Assembly: GCA_973851085.1 (NCBI GenBank)
Contig: OZ316776.1
Location: 15,810,001 to 15,874,000 of the forward strand
Source: Ptychomitrium polyphyllum
Taxonomy: Eukaryota
Direction of reading: 5' to 3'
Length of the DNA: 64,000 nt
Both the position numbers and the translations under genes were made by a program. The notes beneath the pieces are model-generated. The model made no database searches and was not told the origin of the DNA. It saw only the letters and a program-made list of their open reading frames with translations. Each line of letters opens with the position of its first letter. The first letter of the stretch is position 1. Shown here in pieces: positions 14,270 to 28,258 of this stretch.

Positions 14270-14760
14270 GACAAATTAAACTTTCATCATTTAAAGCTTG
14301 TGAGCAATTAAATCCAAAGTTCCTTTCACCTTCAAGCAACCAGGTTTCTATCGATCACACAGAACACAACCTCTGCAATGAAGTAAGACATTTCACTTGC
14401 ATTTCATTTCAAGCAAACTTTTAAGAAGTGAAGGTAGTCTGCTGTCAAAAGAAAGCCTTGACACAAATATTGACAAATATTGACAGGAACTTCATTTGGA
14501 TTGGTATCTGGGAATCCAGCTATGGCAATCGCCAGCCCTCATGGGAGCAAATAAAGAAACCGCTCTAACGTTGCGTTCTTGCAGCTTTGCCACATTGGTG
14601 GAGCTTCCAGGATACTTGAAGGGACTCAAAAATTTGCAAAACTTGCAAAAGTTAAATGTGATGGGCCTTGGTCTGACTTTGACAGGCTGGTCGGATATAA
14701 CAAGTTAATGAGTATGTGAGATACCCGAGCACACAAAACTTTCTGAAGGAATGAACCCTT
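14270..14760 (+). pseudogene. Leucine-rich-repeat (NLR-type) gene fragment
   Basis: Broken frames give LRR-like peptides: SFKACEQL, QELHLDW, LVELPGYLKGLKNLQNLQKLNVMG. Stops and frameshifts throughout. Confidence 0.5.
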
Positions 14761-16399
14761 TCAAAGAGAGAGCACAATGGCACACGTGCTTCTCACCTTC
14801 ACAGGAAATTTATCAACCCTTACAGGATGATACCTATAACCATGGAAGTGATATTACATTACACACTCAATGTCATCACTGCAAATATGATAAAATACCA
14901 ATTTTCTAAACTCTTCGTAGATGGAGAAATTTATCTAGCTGTAGAGAGAGTTCATATATCTATATAAACATTTGAAACTTCTATTAATTTTTTAGTGACT
15001 ATAATTTTTTTGGTATCATAATACAAAAAAATAAAAATAAACTTCCAGGTTTCTACATTAGGTGGAAACTGCAATGAAGAACATTACAATTGATGAATAC
15101 AATTCTTTCATCTCAAATTGGAGAGATCATTGCTCCACAATATTAGTATTTGAACATATAATTGTGATAATATGAAGAATTTAATATTTTTATAATAGAA
15201 TCTATAATAGATGTGAAGCTTCATTTTAGGAGCTAAGCTCAAATATAGCAAAGATAATATTTATGGCTTGAATTGTAATTTTTAAAGAAAAAGCTTGAAA
15301 ATATAAAATCTATTACAAAATAATATCTATCTTTTGTGTTTTATACAAATAAAATCTTATATAATATTAAAAAATACATCCAAAAAAATTAATTAAGTAT
15401 GATATAGTAGCATGATTATTAAAAAACATCTACAACAAGAAATCAATTAAAAAGCATTTAAATTTTTCTACTACAATATTGTGGTTTTGGTAATCAATTA
15501 GATTTTGGATAAAATAATCATGTTTAGAAGGAAAAGCAATCCAATATGGTATTCTATCTATTAGCATGATATATAAAAGTTTATAGATTAATTGATTCCC
15601 CTATTCACTAATTGCAATTAACGTAAGTGGTATGTATAACTAAAAACAATATTGAAACATAGGAATTCAAAATTAAATAAATTCTCTATCTTGCCTAACA
15701 ATTAGGCATTTAATTACTACATAAATTCAAATAACATAAATTCTTCTTTATCAAGTATTCAATTTAAATATCCTTGAGTTTTAAAAACCAAAACATCTAA
15801 ATTTTTGGATTATAAATAATTCAAGATCTAAAAGTAAATTTATGTGGAATTTTTTTTAATTCTTACAAATTTATGCCATCTAAATTTTTTAATTCAATAT
15901 AAAACTTTGAAGAGAATTTTCCAAATTAAGCAAAAATATTTGAAAGAAGTGTATTAGTGTTCAAATTTATAAATAACTTAATAAATTCATGGTTAGAAGT
16001 TATGTAGCATCTTCAAATTGCATGCAAGCGTCAAATATTTTCATGATTATAATACAACAATAAACAATTTTTTTGAATAATTATTCATTTCATGCACAAT
16101 TTTTAGAATTAAAAATAGAATATAATTTTATTGGATTCCAACTTTAATAAACTTAGATTTGATACCAAACTTAGCTTGAGGTTGCAAATAGAACCCGCAT
16201 TGACAAATACAATAAATAACACTTAAGAAGAGCAAATTTTTAAGCATTTAAAGCATACTAATTGCTTAGTAGTAGTTGACTTTAGATTTTGTGGAGTCGT
16301 CACAAAATTTAAAAAAAGACAAAAATAGTTGTTCTATTTGGTGTAAAAATGTGTAAGGTAGTGAAGCTAAAAATCTTCCTTTTTATATGCTTGAAGTAT

Positions 16400-17200
16400 C
16401 TAAGTTTTAAAATGGATGGCTATAAGATGCAACTTTAGAAGTACCTATGGATTTTTTACATAGTGATACACCAACTTTAAACGTTTTATTTGGACATTCA
16501 TTCTATTTCATCTATCTAAGTAAAAAATGTTAGTTTTTATTTATGATTAAAGTTTTTAAACAATTCCAACAAAAATAACTTTCAAAATATTAGCAATAAT
16601 ATAATGGATGTGAATACACAAATGTAATCTACAGGTCAACATTCATAGTTTTTCTTTGTATAACAACTTCATATTAGTGAACTACAAAACCTTTTATAAT
16701 AAAGTTCAATTTTAAAAATGCCAATTTATAATCTTTATAATTTTAGATGGCTAACAATTGTATAGAAATTTTTTACCTTCATCCCAAGTCCAGTTTCAAT
16801 GTAAGTCATTGACTTGATATCCAAATTAAGTCTACTTATTGTAATAAAAGCTTATAAAATAATCTAAGACATTGTAAAAAATTTATAAACATTTTAGTTA
16901 ACATAGATTAAATTTTGCACACTTTTGTTTTGTAAAAGTTGAATCAATTTTGACTTTACAAGACCAATATGAACATATCACTAATTTATAATGATTACTT
17001 TTCAATACCAACATACTATTAAAATGTTGTCAATCAATTTCTTGATTGGAATTTATTTAATTGGAACAAATTCAAGCATAAAATTTCAATTTGAGAATGC
17101 CACCAACTAAATATTAAAATAATATGATCCTTTATGAGTCCAATTTCTATCCACAGCATTCATAGCAACTCTACTCCAAGATTGCATGTAATGTATAACA
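16400..17200 (-). mobile_element. Highly decayed Helitron/Pif1-type helicase remnant
   Basis: Across frameshifts: AMNAVDR and GGI (cf. FEAVDR, FGG), and KVGVSL...H-G...VA..S (cf. VGLYL..FSHGQLYVALSR), in the expected order. Confidence 0.35.
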
Positions 17201-18660
17201 TCTGAGATTATCAATTTTTAACAATGCCAAATTATTATCAACATGCATTTTAAATGATTAGAGATTTAAAATTACTTAACAAGAAAATTTTCAAATCAAA
17301 GATTATTAAAATGATATTATCCCAATCTACTTTTCTATTTATCAAATCGAAAGTGAAGAAATTCCTTGAAAACATCATACTGGTATCGTCAAACTCATCA
17401 TTTTGATTTCCTTGATTTTACATGAGTTTTAACTTGCTTGTATGATTTGCCTTTGTAAACAGTACCTTGGAATTCATCCGAACTTTAAAAAATGAAAAAA
17501 TTGATAATATCAAATGATTGTGAGAGCATGAAATAATAAATGAACGAAGGCATAAGTCTTATTTAGTAACTTTGGTCCACAAACTCTTGCAATTTTCAAT
17601 GAAAAAAGGTTTTGACAATGAAATAATAATTTTAGATGATAGATTTTCTTCTTTGAAAGAGGGTATTCAAAGGATCACCAAAAAGATGCCATATACTTTA
17701 TATTTCTATTTGATTAGATTATTTTTTGAAATATACAAGATATATGATAAAATATGTGGTGGATCAATGACGGCTTAAAGTAGAGACTAAAAAAGAAACT
17801 TGACATGTATAATTCAAAATGTATAAATTTAAAACACATTCATAAAGTCTACCCTAAAAAAAAAGGATATATTTAATAAACTTAATTACATGAAAATGAA
17901 TTCTTGAAATAATAATTTTTCATTGGTCCATACAAGGAAGTGTTTGTCACATGAAAAGATGCAAAAGAATTTGCAACAATGACAAAAGACAACCTTTTAG
18001 CTTTGCATTTTGTTTTGGAATCTATATAATAATACAATGCAGTTATATGGCACAATTAAAGTAACTCAATATTAGTAAGCACTTTTGCTTGGATTTCTAC
18101 AAACTAGGAAGTCAAAAAAGATGTTTTTTTAAAAGAAACAAATTGCCTCGTTGAAGGAAGTTGTCAATCTTCTTGTGCTCCTTAAGTATGAGGCTTCTAA
18201 ACCTTACATCTATGCTATATGGACATAGGCATAATTTAAAGAAGGAATAGGCTCTTCATGTAAACTTTGACTTTGAGGAGACTAATGTCTTCTTATTATA
18301 TCCACAATAGTTCTAAAACTTTCACAACTTCCTCTCTAAGATATTCTACCTTTTTATTTTTCATTTTTCTCTCCATTTTGTAAATTTTATCAATGTCCAA
18401 TAGTATTGCACTACATTTATTGTATAATGTCACCCAAATTTATTTTCATGAAGATTTCAAAGCAAAGTCCAATACAAAACCTCGAATCACAAAGGTGATC
18501 TAAGTCATTCTTGTCAGTTCTTTGACCACTTCTTATGTGACTACCACTTACCTACATGAACCAATATGAAATGACTACTTTCAAGGATTCCCACTCATGT
18601 GGTAAACTCCTTACCCTGGTCTGGAAATTTCGCTTTGACCATTGAATATGGACCACAAAA

Positions 18661-18790
18661 AGCAAATGACGTTTTGACAGTCACTAGTAAGCATGGCTGG
18701 TAAACAAAGAGCAGCAAATGACGCCTGGAGAGTCACTACCAACCATGGCCGGTAAACACAAAGCAGCGGATGTAGTCATGAGTGACACTG
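18661..18790 (+). repeat. ~52-bp diverged tandem repeat (about 2.5 copies) carrying TGACG and GTCAC motifs
   Basis: Units begin at 18661, 18713 and 18765: agcaaatgacg...agtcacta...catggc(t/c)ggtaaaca...agc. Confidence 0.7.
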
Positions 18791-20534
18791 CAGCCAAGCA
18801 GCATTACGTGACAACGCCTTGTGGCACTTCGTACTTTGGAATACTTTTATGCAATTGCTAGGAAGTTCACAACATATGCCTTGGAAATTGACTCTCCAAT
18901 TCCAGTAGACTATTTTCGATAGGCAGCTGGTGACTTTGGTTACAAAAGACTCTCAGCTGACGTAAGAATCTTGAATGCCCTCTACGAATCCTCTCCCAAA
19001 TGGATAATACCATTACCTCAACGTACCATTCACATTAATGCCATCTTCCATTAATGATTCCTAAACTGAATGCAAAGTTAAAGGGATTAGGCAAATAGTC
19101 GTAAATGCATTATGCGCTTTCATGTTACTGCACCAGAACGAAACTGTCATTTCCTATTCAATTTCTACATTTCCATTATATTGAGTTGCTACAGCAGAAT
19201 TTGAATGTGATGGACACACTTGATGATTTACAATCCCAACTTGTGTCAATCCTCAATAAAGCATCAGTAAAGCATAATAGACAACAAAAGGTGGCCCACG
19301 CTATATAGCTATTATGGAACAGAAAGAAAAAAAGCATTGCAACAAACTCTAATTCCATAGAAAAATGTTGTTGACAACAAAACAACATGAACAAAAGTCG
19401 AAATACAATAAACAAAGAAACAATCAACGTTATCATTCTTACTTATACTAGACAAATTTGACCGTTCTATCCATCCTTTCCTTGATTACTAAAATCCTTT
19501 TCTTAATCAAGATAATTCTTGTCATGTGTAAACCTCTTTGTAGTTAAATTGTGCTTTCTATATGACTTTGGGCTTCCATTCCCTCAAAGAAAAGGTTAAC
19601 ATATAAACCTAATCTATACATATAGGCATTACCATATTAAACAATTTGAATATAATCAAGGGAATCAATTTTTTCATCCTACAAAAACTAAGAAGGTGAC
19701 CAAAATTTTCTCACACAAAACAATCCTTTATGTAAAACAACATTCATATTCTAGATGACACATCTTTATAAGAAATCTTCACAAACCTCAAATGCACACG
19801 TATTTTTTTGTTTAAAACCAATTATACCAAACTCCAAATGTTAAATTTAGTACTTGTAATTTTGACAAGTTTTTGTACTTTTAAGCTTGTTTTAAAATGT
19901 TGATTCCATTAAATACATTCAATACAAGATACAACTTAGAACACCATGACATACTTGAATAATAAATAATAAAAAGAATTGACTTATATTGTGTTATCTA
20001 ACAACTAAATGCAAGGACTATTGAATAGAAAGTGACCAAAATAGAAGGACCTTACAATTTTGAACAAAAGGAAAACAAAATTAAAAATACATTTGAACTG
20101 TCACATTCTAACAAACTTTATCCAAAACTGCATAATACTCTAATGCTTTTACTTCAAAATAAAATTTGAAAGTTATGTTTCAAAATCTAATTAAAGACGT
20201 GGAAATAGAAGTAGCAGGATTGTTCCAAAGAAAATAGTGACAGATTTAAACTTCTAACATTCAATCTAAAAATCAACTTCAAAATATGTATTTTGGTTGA
20301 AATTGAAAGGTTCTTTGACAATACTGAACCTTTAGAAAACTGATAGTCTTCAAGAAATACAAAATCTTGCTTTAGAATTTCATCTATGAGAAAAAGTGAA
20401 TATCAATTATACAAAGATGATGCATTGGATTACAAATACAAAAAACAAACATCATCAATCCATTTCATATAGATGCATGATTCGAAAGATATCACATTAA
20501 AATTCATAGTACCAAAATACAAATAGAAAGCGAT

Positions 20535-21093
20535 TGTCATGGACATAGATCATGCAACATCGTACTTAGAACCTTCTATAACCTTTGAATATATTGTAGT
20601 ATCTTCTTATAATATTTTTAATACTTCCATAGCCGTTTCCAACTCCTTGAAAAGCTCCACCACATCAAGAAAATTCCCTGGAATCATCCAAATACTTAAA
20701 GAAGTTTCACAAGAAAATTCAACAAACTTAAGAAACTTCCTTAGATGGTAATAATCCCTTTAGGAATTTCCTAAGAAGATTCCACTATTTTTTGAAACTT
20801 ATTGGGATGGTTCTACTATCTTGGAAAATTTCTTAAGAAAGTTCCATAGACTTCTATAACATTCTCAAGCTTCATAAGAAGCTTGTTTAGAAATATCCTT
20901 GGAAATACAAACATTATAGTGTAAATGGAAAAGAAGACAAGGTATACCTTAATCTTGCCAATACAAGTTGTGGATCATATTGTATCTTCCCTTGCTTTAG
21001 TATTTGTATAAGTGTTTGTTAATCATTAGTTCTTTGGAAGTTAATTCATGCAGTTTTTTTTATTCTTGCTTCTTGTTTTTTGTGTGTCTAACA
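20535..21093. mobile_element. Isolated gypsy-family LTR, same family as 60620-61171 but in inverted orientation
   Basis: Begins TGTCATGGACA and ends TGTCTAACA. Reverse complement aligns with the 60620-61171 LTR, including the GAAnnTTC-rich internal repeats. Flanks gcgat/actac do not form a TSD. Confidence 0.75.
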
Positions 21094-21645
21094 ACTACAA
21101 TAAGACAAATTCAAGCAAGAAAGAAAAAATTGCTGCTTTTGCTTCAATGTCAAATGTATCATATAAAAAAATCTAAGAAATTGAGAAAGTTGAACAACCA
21201 TTTTTGAATAAGGACTTGATTCTAGTTTAAGATTTAATACTTTTATGAATATAAAAAATACAACTAAATGCTTTACTTCTTATAACAATCCTACATATAA
21301 AAATGGACTAAAATACAACTTCTTCACTTTAATGACAATAACAATTATATGTATCCACGCCATTATTTCTATGTTGAATCATAAAACCAAAGATGGAATA
21401 CAATAGATATCAACACCAAAGAGGCTAATTTTGTCATTAATGCTTCGCTTGGTTTTATTTTTATTTTTATACCTCACCATTCATTTTCCAAGCTTACAAA
21501 ATTCCACAAGGTTGAGATTCTTTTTAAAATTCTAAACTTTTTTCAGTGATTTATAGCATTATAATATAATAAAGTCCAATTAAACACATGTTTGAATTAA
21601 TCAAAGCTAGTAATGGAATCAAAAGCAAGATTTTGCAGCATATGG

Positions 21646-22788
21646 TGTTGCAACCCTTGTAATGCACCTTAGCAAACGTCACGCAAGTCAACCCTGTACA
21701 CCCCACATGCACATGATTAACCCCCATTCTCACTTTCCAAGTCTTTCTACCATTTCTCTTAGGACACCCAATTTATTAGTAATCAATGGTTAGATGCGGA
21801 CTTCCATTCATGTCCAAGGCCTCACTTGGTGTTACTACCATTCCATACGGCCTAACCGCACTTAGTGGTATTTCCTCACCACCACTCATGATCCCCATGT
21901 GATCCTAAAATCACCCCGGGCCATCATGGTGCCGGCGTGAAGACACCACCCCAATTTAGTGGTAACAAGCGTGTCCTCTTGATCTCATTTGTTCCCTTTG
22001 TGAGCCGGTCGTCCACCGGCTCACAATGGTGTGGGAGTCCCCGTCGTGAAGCCCCAACACTAGCTCCACCAACCGGGACTCATCCTTGGTCTCTACCGGG
22101 ACACTAGGGGAGTGGGGAGGAAGACTAGCCCTCCCTTATAGTACTCTCTGTGGGATTTAGCAGGCCCCCTGGCCCTCTGTAGCTGGTTGAACCCCGACAC
22201 ACCTAAAGTTTTGGAAGACCACCGGCTCTCTATTGGGACTTAGCCGCTAAAAGCCTCCGGGACTCCCAGCGGACCTTCAGAGCGCCATATCTTCCTCATT
22301 TGGTGCCCAAATGTATCAAGCGACCACTCTATCGTCATCTACTCTTTGCGTAGATGCCGATAAGCTCCTCAAATGTTCGATTTGAGTTAGTATTGTGGGA
22401 GATACGCCTCTCCCAAGGTTCGGGACTCCCGGGAAGTCCCTCCCTGGACTATCCCACTCCAGCACAGTCACTGTGTAGGGCTGCCACACTCCAGAACAGC
22501 CCCTTGGCAACCCCAACTTTGGGGTGCCATAACTTTTAGCTCCCATGTCCGATTTGGGCAATCCTTAGCATTCTAAAATCAACTCTTCATGATTCCTTTA
22601 ATGCCCACGATTTATCCCTCGTGGCCCTCGATCTACATGGGCAAGGATGTTTCTCCCCCTAAGGGTCCTTCCCATGTTGGGCCTACTCGGTTCTCCTCAC
22701 TATCGGCGCCACAAGTCCCGGACGTCACTTCGGGGTTCACCTTGTGCCCTTAGTGTTGCGGGCACTCCTCAGGGCGAGGTGCGCGACA
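21646..22788 (-). repeat. 3' LTR of chromovirus element
   Basis: tgttgcaaccc...ggtgcgcgaca; direct repeat of 28259-29389; adjacent to the PPT. Confidence 0.92.
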
Positions 22789-23579
22789 CTCACCTCTACC
22801 CAAATGGAGTCGATGCCCTCATCGACTTTACTTGTAGTCGGTACACCAAATCCAAGGTTGCCATCCTCTAATGGTGCAGCATTGTGTTTCATTCAGGGTG
22901 CGACCCCCACAATGCACTCATAAGTCTTTGGCAATGTCTCAAAGGTGTCGTTTAGGAGGTGGTCTGTTTAGGCACCCTAGACAAAAATCTTTGGAGCCCT
23001 AAATCATTCAAGACCTACCTACTTTGAGACCCTCTTGGGATACACTCCTTAGTTAGGCTACACTTCCCTAACTCTTCTTTTTTTGACTAGGCTGGACCTC
23101 AATGCTCCACCAAGTTGTCTTGGTTGCAAACCCAAGGTGGCTTTTATTCCACAACTCGATCGCATGGGAGTAATGCCAAGTTCCGCCCAACCTGGATCCT
23201 ACTATCTCTATTGAGACATGGGTTCAAAACTCCCATGCATTAACTTTTGTTAGTTTGTAGCAGTGGCGCTTTTATGAGCACGCGCCATTACCTTGTCCTC
23301 GCCCGAACAAGCCTGAGGCGAGGAGGTTTCATGGTTTTAACCATTCCTCCTCCAAGCCTTGGTCCCCATTACTCGGCCTTCCCAACTTGGTTTCACATGT
23401 CTATCCCCCCTCTTCTACCAACTTAGCACAAGCACAAGACTAGGACGTCATCTTATACTCTTCTCTTTGCACACACAAAAGTTGAATTTTATTGGTTTAA
23501 GTCAAAGAACCAATACATGATGTGAAGAAGTTATAACTACAAGCCACTCCCCCCCTACTTAAAGAGATTGATGTCTTCA

Positions 23580-26500
23580 TCAATGCCGACGTTGTCTTTT
23601 GTTGGAGTTTCTATCCCTTTCAAAGCGTTCTACCACCTCATAGGCATTTTCCAAGTCCTTGGCTGCTACCCAAGTTGCTTCCTTCTCATGGTACCCTCTC
23701 CACTTCAGCAAATATTCTTTTCCTACTTTCTTGTGGTGCCTACACTTGATAATTCCTTCCACTTCGTATTCTAGGTGGTCGCCTACCAATTCCAGCGGTG
23801 GCCGAATCACTTGTTTGCGATTAGGCCACAACGTATCTTTTTTAAATGGCTTGAGGAGTGAGACATGAAATGTTGGGTGCACTTTGATTTTGGGTGGTAG
23901 CTCCAACTTGTACACATCCTTAAACATCCACTCCACAATGGAAAACAGCCCCGCAAACTTGGACATGAACTCTGGAGTGAGGCCTTCAGGCAGGCTAAAA
24001 TTCTTCACATTCAACAATACCTTTTGGCTTACTTCATACTCCACTTCACGTCTTCCGGCATTGACTTGTTTCTCGTACCGCTTTTGTGCCTTTTCCAACA
24101 AAAGCTTGGTCTTCTCCAACATTTGTTCTCGCTTTTTGGCCAAGTCCCCACCATCTTGGTTAAACTCTAGTGTTGAATGTGCCCCTTCGAGAGCTAAGTC
24201 GGCAGGCTAGAGTGGCTCCACTCCATAGGCCACCTTAAATGGCGACTGCTTTGTCGCCGAATGGTTGGCCGCATAGTAACTGAAGTCCGCAAGACTCACA
24301 TATTCCACCCAAACACTGGTCCGCACTCACAAAGTTCCTCAAGTATTGGTTCAAGACTCCGTTCACTCGTTCCGTTTGCCCATCCGTTTGAGGATGGAAG
24401 GCAGTGCTAAATGTCAATTTGGTTCCAACTTTCCTAAAGAAATGTTTCCAAAAAGCACTAGTGAATTTTGGATCTCGGTCCGACACAATCACTCTTGGCA
24501 ACCCGTGGTGTTTCCACCATGCATCGAGGAATAGCTTTGCGGTCTCATGTGCAGTTACGGTTCCTCTAGTTGGCACCATGTGCGCCAACTTGCTAAAGCG
24601 ATCCACCATCACAAAGATGGCATCATGCCCGTGCAAATCCGGAAGACTTGTGATGAAGTCCATGGACACGCTATGCCATGGACCTGGCGGAATTGGCAAA
24701 GGTTGTAGTAGACCGGCTTGCTTTTGATAAGAAGCTCTATTGAGCTGGCACTTCACACAAGTTTTCACAAAGGCAGTGATGTCCGCTTTCATACCCGGCC
24801 AATAGTACCTTCTTGACACCGCCGCTATGGTGGTTTTTTCCCCTCTATGGCCGGCTATGGGACTATCGTGTTCTTCTTTCAAAACCAACAACCGTAGTTT
24901 TCCTTGAGGCACATACACCCGACTTTGTTTGTACTTGAGCAATCCCTTCTCCAACTTAATTTCCTTAAGTTTCTTACCCTTCTTAAGCTCACCCAGAAGC
25001 CTTTGTGCTTCGGAGTCCTTCATGTACCCCTCTCTTATCTTCCTTTCCAAATTGCCTTCTCCCTTCTACATTACTCGCAGGACTTGGGTTGTGCCCATCG
25101 CTTGCAACTCCTCCCGCCTACTTAGAGCATCCGGCACTACATTGTCACGCCCCGGCTTGTGGATCAAATCCACATTCATGAGTGCCAAGGTGTCATGCCA
25201 CCTCAAGTATTTTGCACTCATTTGTGCCTGCAACTCAAAGTACTTCAAAGACACGTTGTCCGTGTAGACTTTGGTTTTATGTAGGCCCAAGTAGTGCCGC
25301 CATGTTTTTAAACAATGCACTACGGCAAAGAGTTTTTTCTCGTGCGTGGGCCACCTCTTCTGGCACCCATCCAATTTTTTGCTCTCATAGGCAATTGGCA
25401 TGCCTTCTTGCATGAGCACTCCGCCAATGGCAAAGTCACTTGCATCCGTGTGGACCTCAAAGGGCTTTTCAAACTCGGGAAACTTCAATACCGGCGGTTG
25501 TGACAACTTATCCTTCAGTTCTTTAAAAGCTTGGTGACAAAATCCATCCCATACTTGGCTAGCTCCTTTCTTCAACAAGTCGGATAAAGGTCTAGCAATT
25601 TTGGAGAAGTTGCGTATGAACCTCCTATAATAATTTGCTAGGCCAAGAAATGATCTCAGCCCCTTTTGTGTAGAAGGTTGTTTCCACTCTCTAATTGCCT
25701 TTATCTTCCTTATGTCGGGCTTGATTCCATCATCCATCACTATATGGCCCAAGAACTCAATATCAAGTTGAGCAAACTCACTCTTTTCTCCGTTGGCATA
25801 AAGTTTGTGGTCCCTAAGTTTTTGAAGTACCACTTTGAGGTGCCTTGCATGTTCCTCTGCCGACTTGGAATACACCAAGATGTCATCAATATAAACAATG
25901 ACAAAGTCATCCATCTCTTCTCGAAAGATGGTATTCATGAGGGTCGTGAACGTTGAAGGAGCATTACACAACCCGAATGGCATCACCAAAAATTCATAGG
26001 ATCCATACCTAGTGCGGCATGCGGTCTTTGGCACATCTTCATCCGAAATGCGGATTTGATAGTAGCCCGACTTCAAGTCTATCCGATTAAAGTATTTAGC
26101 TCTCGCCAATCTATCAAAGAGGTCATCAATGCGAGGCAAAGGATGGTTGTTCTTGATGGTGGCTTTATTCAAGGCTCTATAGTCGACACACATGCGGAGC
26201 TTGCCATCCTTTTTGTTTACGAAGAGGACCGGTGCTCTATATGGCGACTTACTTGGCCTAACATAGCCTCTTTCCAACAAGTCATTCAACTGCTTCTTCA
26301 ATTCCTCTAGCTCTTTTTGGTTCAACCGGTATGGAGCCTTTGAAAGGGGCTCCGTTCCCGGTATCACTTCAATTTTGTGATCCACTTCTCTTCTTGGCGG
26401 TAACTCTGCGGGCAGCTCATTGGTGAGCACATCCTTGTAACCACTTAGTACATTTTGAATGCACTTGGGAATAGTCCTAATCTCCTTGGCACTTGGCCTA

Positions 26501-28227
26501 TTCTCCTCTTCTTGCTCCATTCGCATCACAACCATAAATTGATTATTCTCTAGTTGTTCTAAGGAGACTAAGTTCAACTTGCCTCCCGCAACCATAGTAG
26601 TCCTAGTCAACTTCAATATTGTCTCCTTCCCACCACGGTGCACTACTAACCGTGCAAGCTTTCGCTTCACATCCACCACATGAGTTTCAAAAAAGGTATC
26701 ACCTAAAATGAGGTCTACCTCATCCATCTCACATAGTGTATAACTTTCCTTCAACTCCAATGTTCCACTACTTAAGGCCAGATCCAACACCACCTTCTTC
26801 GTCTCGTACGGTTTGCCTTTTGCAATTCGCACGTTGATGGGCTTGCTAGCTTTTTGAGCCGACAAGCCCAACTCCCTTGCTAGCTTGGGACTCATGAAGG
26901 AGTGCGTTGCCCCTGTGTCAATTAAACATGAAACATTTTTGCCATTTATTTGGGCCTCAAGGTATAAAAGACTCGACCTTGGCTTAAGGCTATTAGCCTT
27001 GGCCACAAATCCACCTTCTAAAATGTGATCCACAACACAAGTGTGACAAGCTTTGGTACTCACCTTTTTATCGGGGCACTCCGCAATGAAGTGACCAATC
27101 TTGCCACACCCGTGGCAACGCTTGTGCTTCACCTCAGCACTCTTATCTCCCAATTTGAATGGTTTTCACTCATGATGGTCCACTTTGTTGTAGGCCCTTC
27201 CATCTGCTTGTCCCTTGTGTTTGTTTCCAAAGCCAAATTTCTTGCATTCTCCGCCGTGAGATACATTTTGGCTCAATCCACTTTGTTGAGAGGGACCACT
27301 TGATTTTCTTTCGGGACCGTCGGCTTCAATTCTTTCTGCAATCTTAATGATTCCCGCCACGTCCTCCGGAAGCTTTGGGAACTTGAACAAGGCGTCCACC
27401 ACCCACTTTTGAAGCCCACCCAAAAAGATGCATTCCTTTGAAAACTCATCCATTTTGAATGTGGCATTCATTTGGGCGTTGAAATCTCGCACATAAGTCT
27501 TGAGCAACCCGGTGTGCCTCATTTGCACCAAGTTCATGCCCTCCCTCAACTCTTTGTATTCCGGAGTGAAGCGTTCACTCAAGATCTCTTTAAAATTGAC
27601 CCAAGCCAAAGTTGCCACCAACTCCGGCTCTTGTTCCTTTTTACTTTTCCACCATTGAAGAGCATGGTCTTTCAAAAAGGTCACCGCAATTGACACTTTG
27701 TCCACCTCCTCCGGCTTTTGAACATCATAATAATTGTCCATTTCCAAAAGAAACTCCTTCACCTTCCTAGCCTTGCCTAGCCAAGAAAAAGTGCTCGGCA
27801 TGTTCACTTTGGCCAACTTCTTGGTCAAAGATGAGGACCTGGAACCTTGTGCCATCAAGTGCTCAATCAACCTTTCTTAATGGGTCCTTTCTTCTTTGCC
27901 ACGCTTGAGTTCTTGGTTCACATTGTCCATGAACACGAGCATTTTCATGCGAAAACTTTAGTCAGGGTCTTAACTTTCTAGTCCCTCAGGTGGTTCAGGA
28001 ATCCTAGCTCCTGAGTACTCTCCACCTTCCAATGTTTTGTCTTGTTGAGTTTCCTCAACTTCCTTAGTGACTCCAATGTCATTCTCTTGTTCATTGGAAT
28101 AAAAGGATGGAGCCTCATTAATCGGATCGGGGTATTTGTTCACCCTCGTGCGTGGTCGTTTAGACGCCTCGGACTCACTGCCATCACCGGCTTTCTTCTT
28201 ATCCATAGCCTCCTCGCAACGTAGCAC
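23580..28227 (-). pseudogene. gag-pol polyprotein with disablements
   Basis: Gag (FLKDHALQWW), CCHC knuckle [14 protein letters not shown], protease [25 protein letters not shown], RNase H TDASD, integrase HDS..GH/CVKC/SMDF/VSDRD/TDGQTER, chromodomain YEVEGI..YLLKWRGY..ATW. In-frame stops at 27166-27168 and 25066-25068, a frameshift near 24312, a stop near 24207, and further lesions in gag near 27900-27970. Confidence 0.93.
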
Positions 28228-28258
28228 TTAGATACTCAAAGCCTACTCTGATACCAAA

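Noticed and set aside
27166..27168. Programmed stop-codon readthrough between gag and pol
   Set aside because: The TGA precedes the gag zinc knuckle rather than the gag/pol border, and the element carries several other stops and frameshifts, so decay is simpler.
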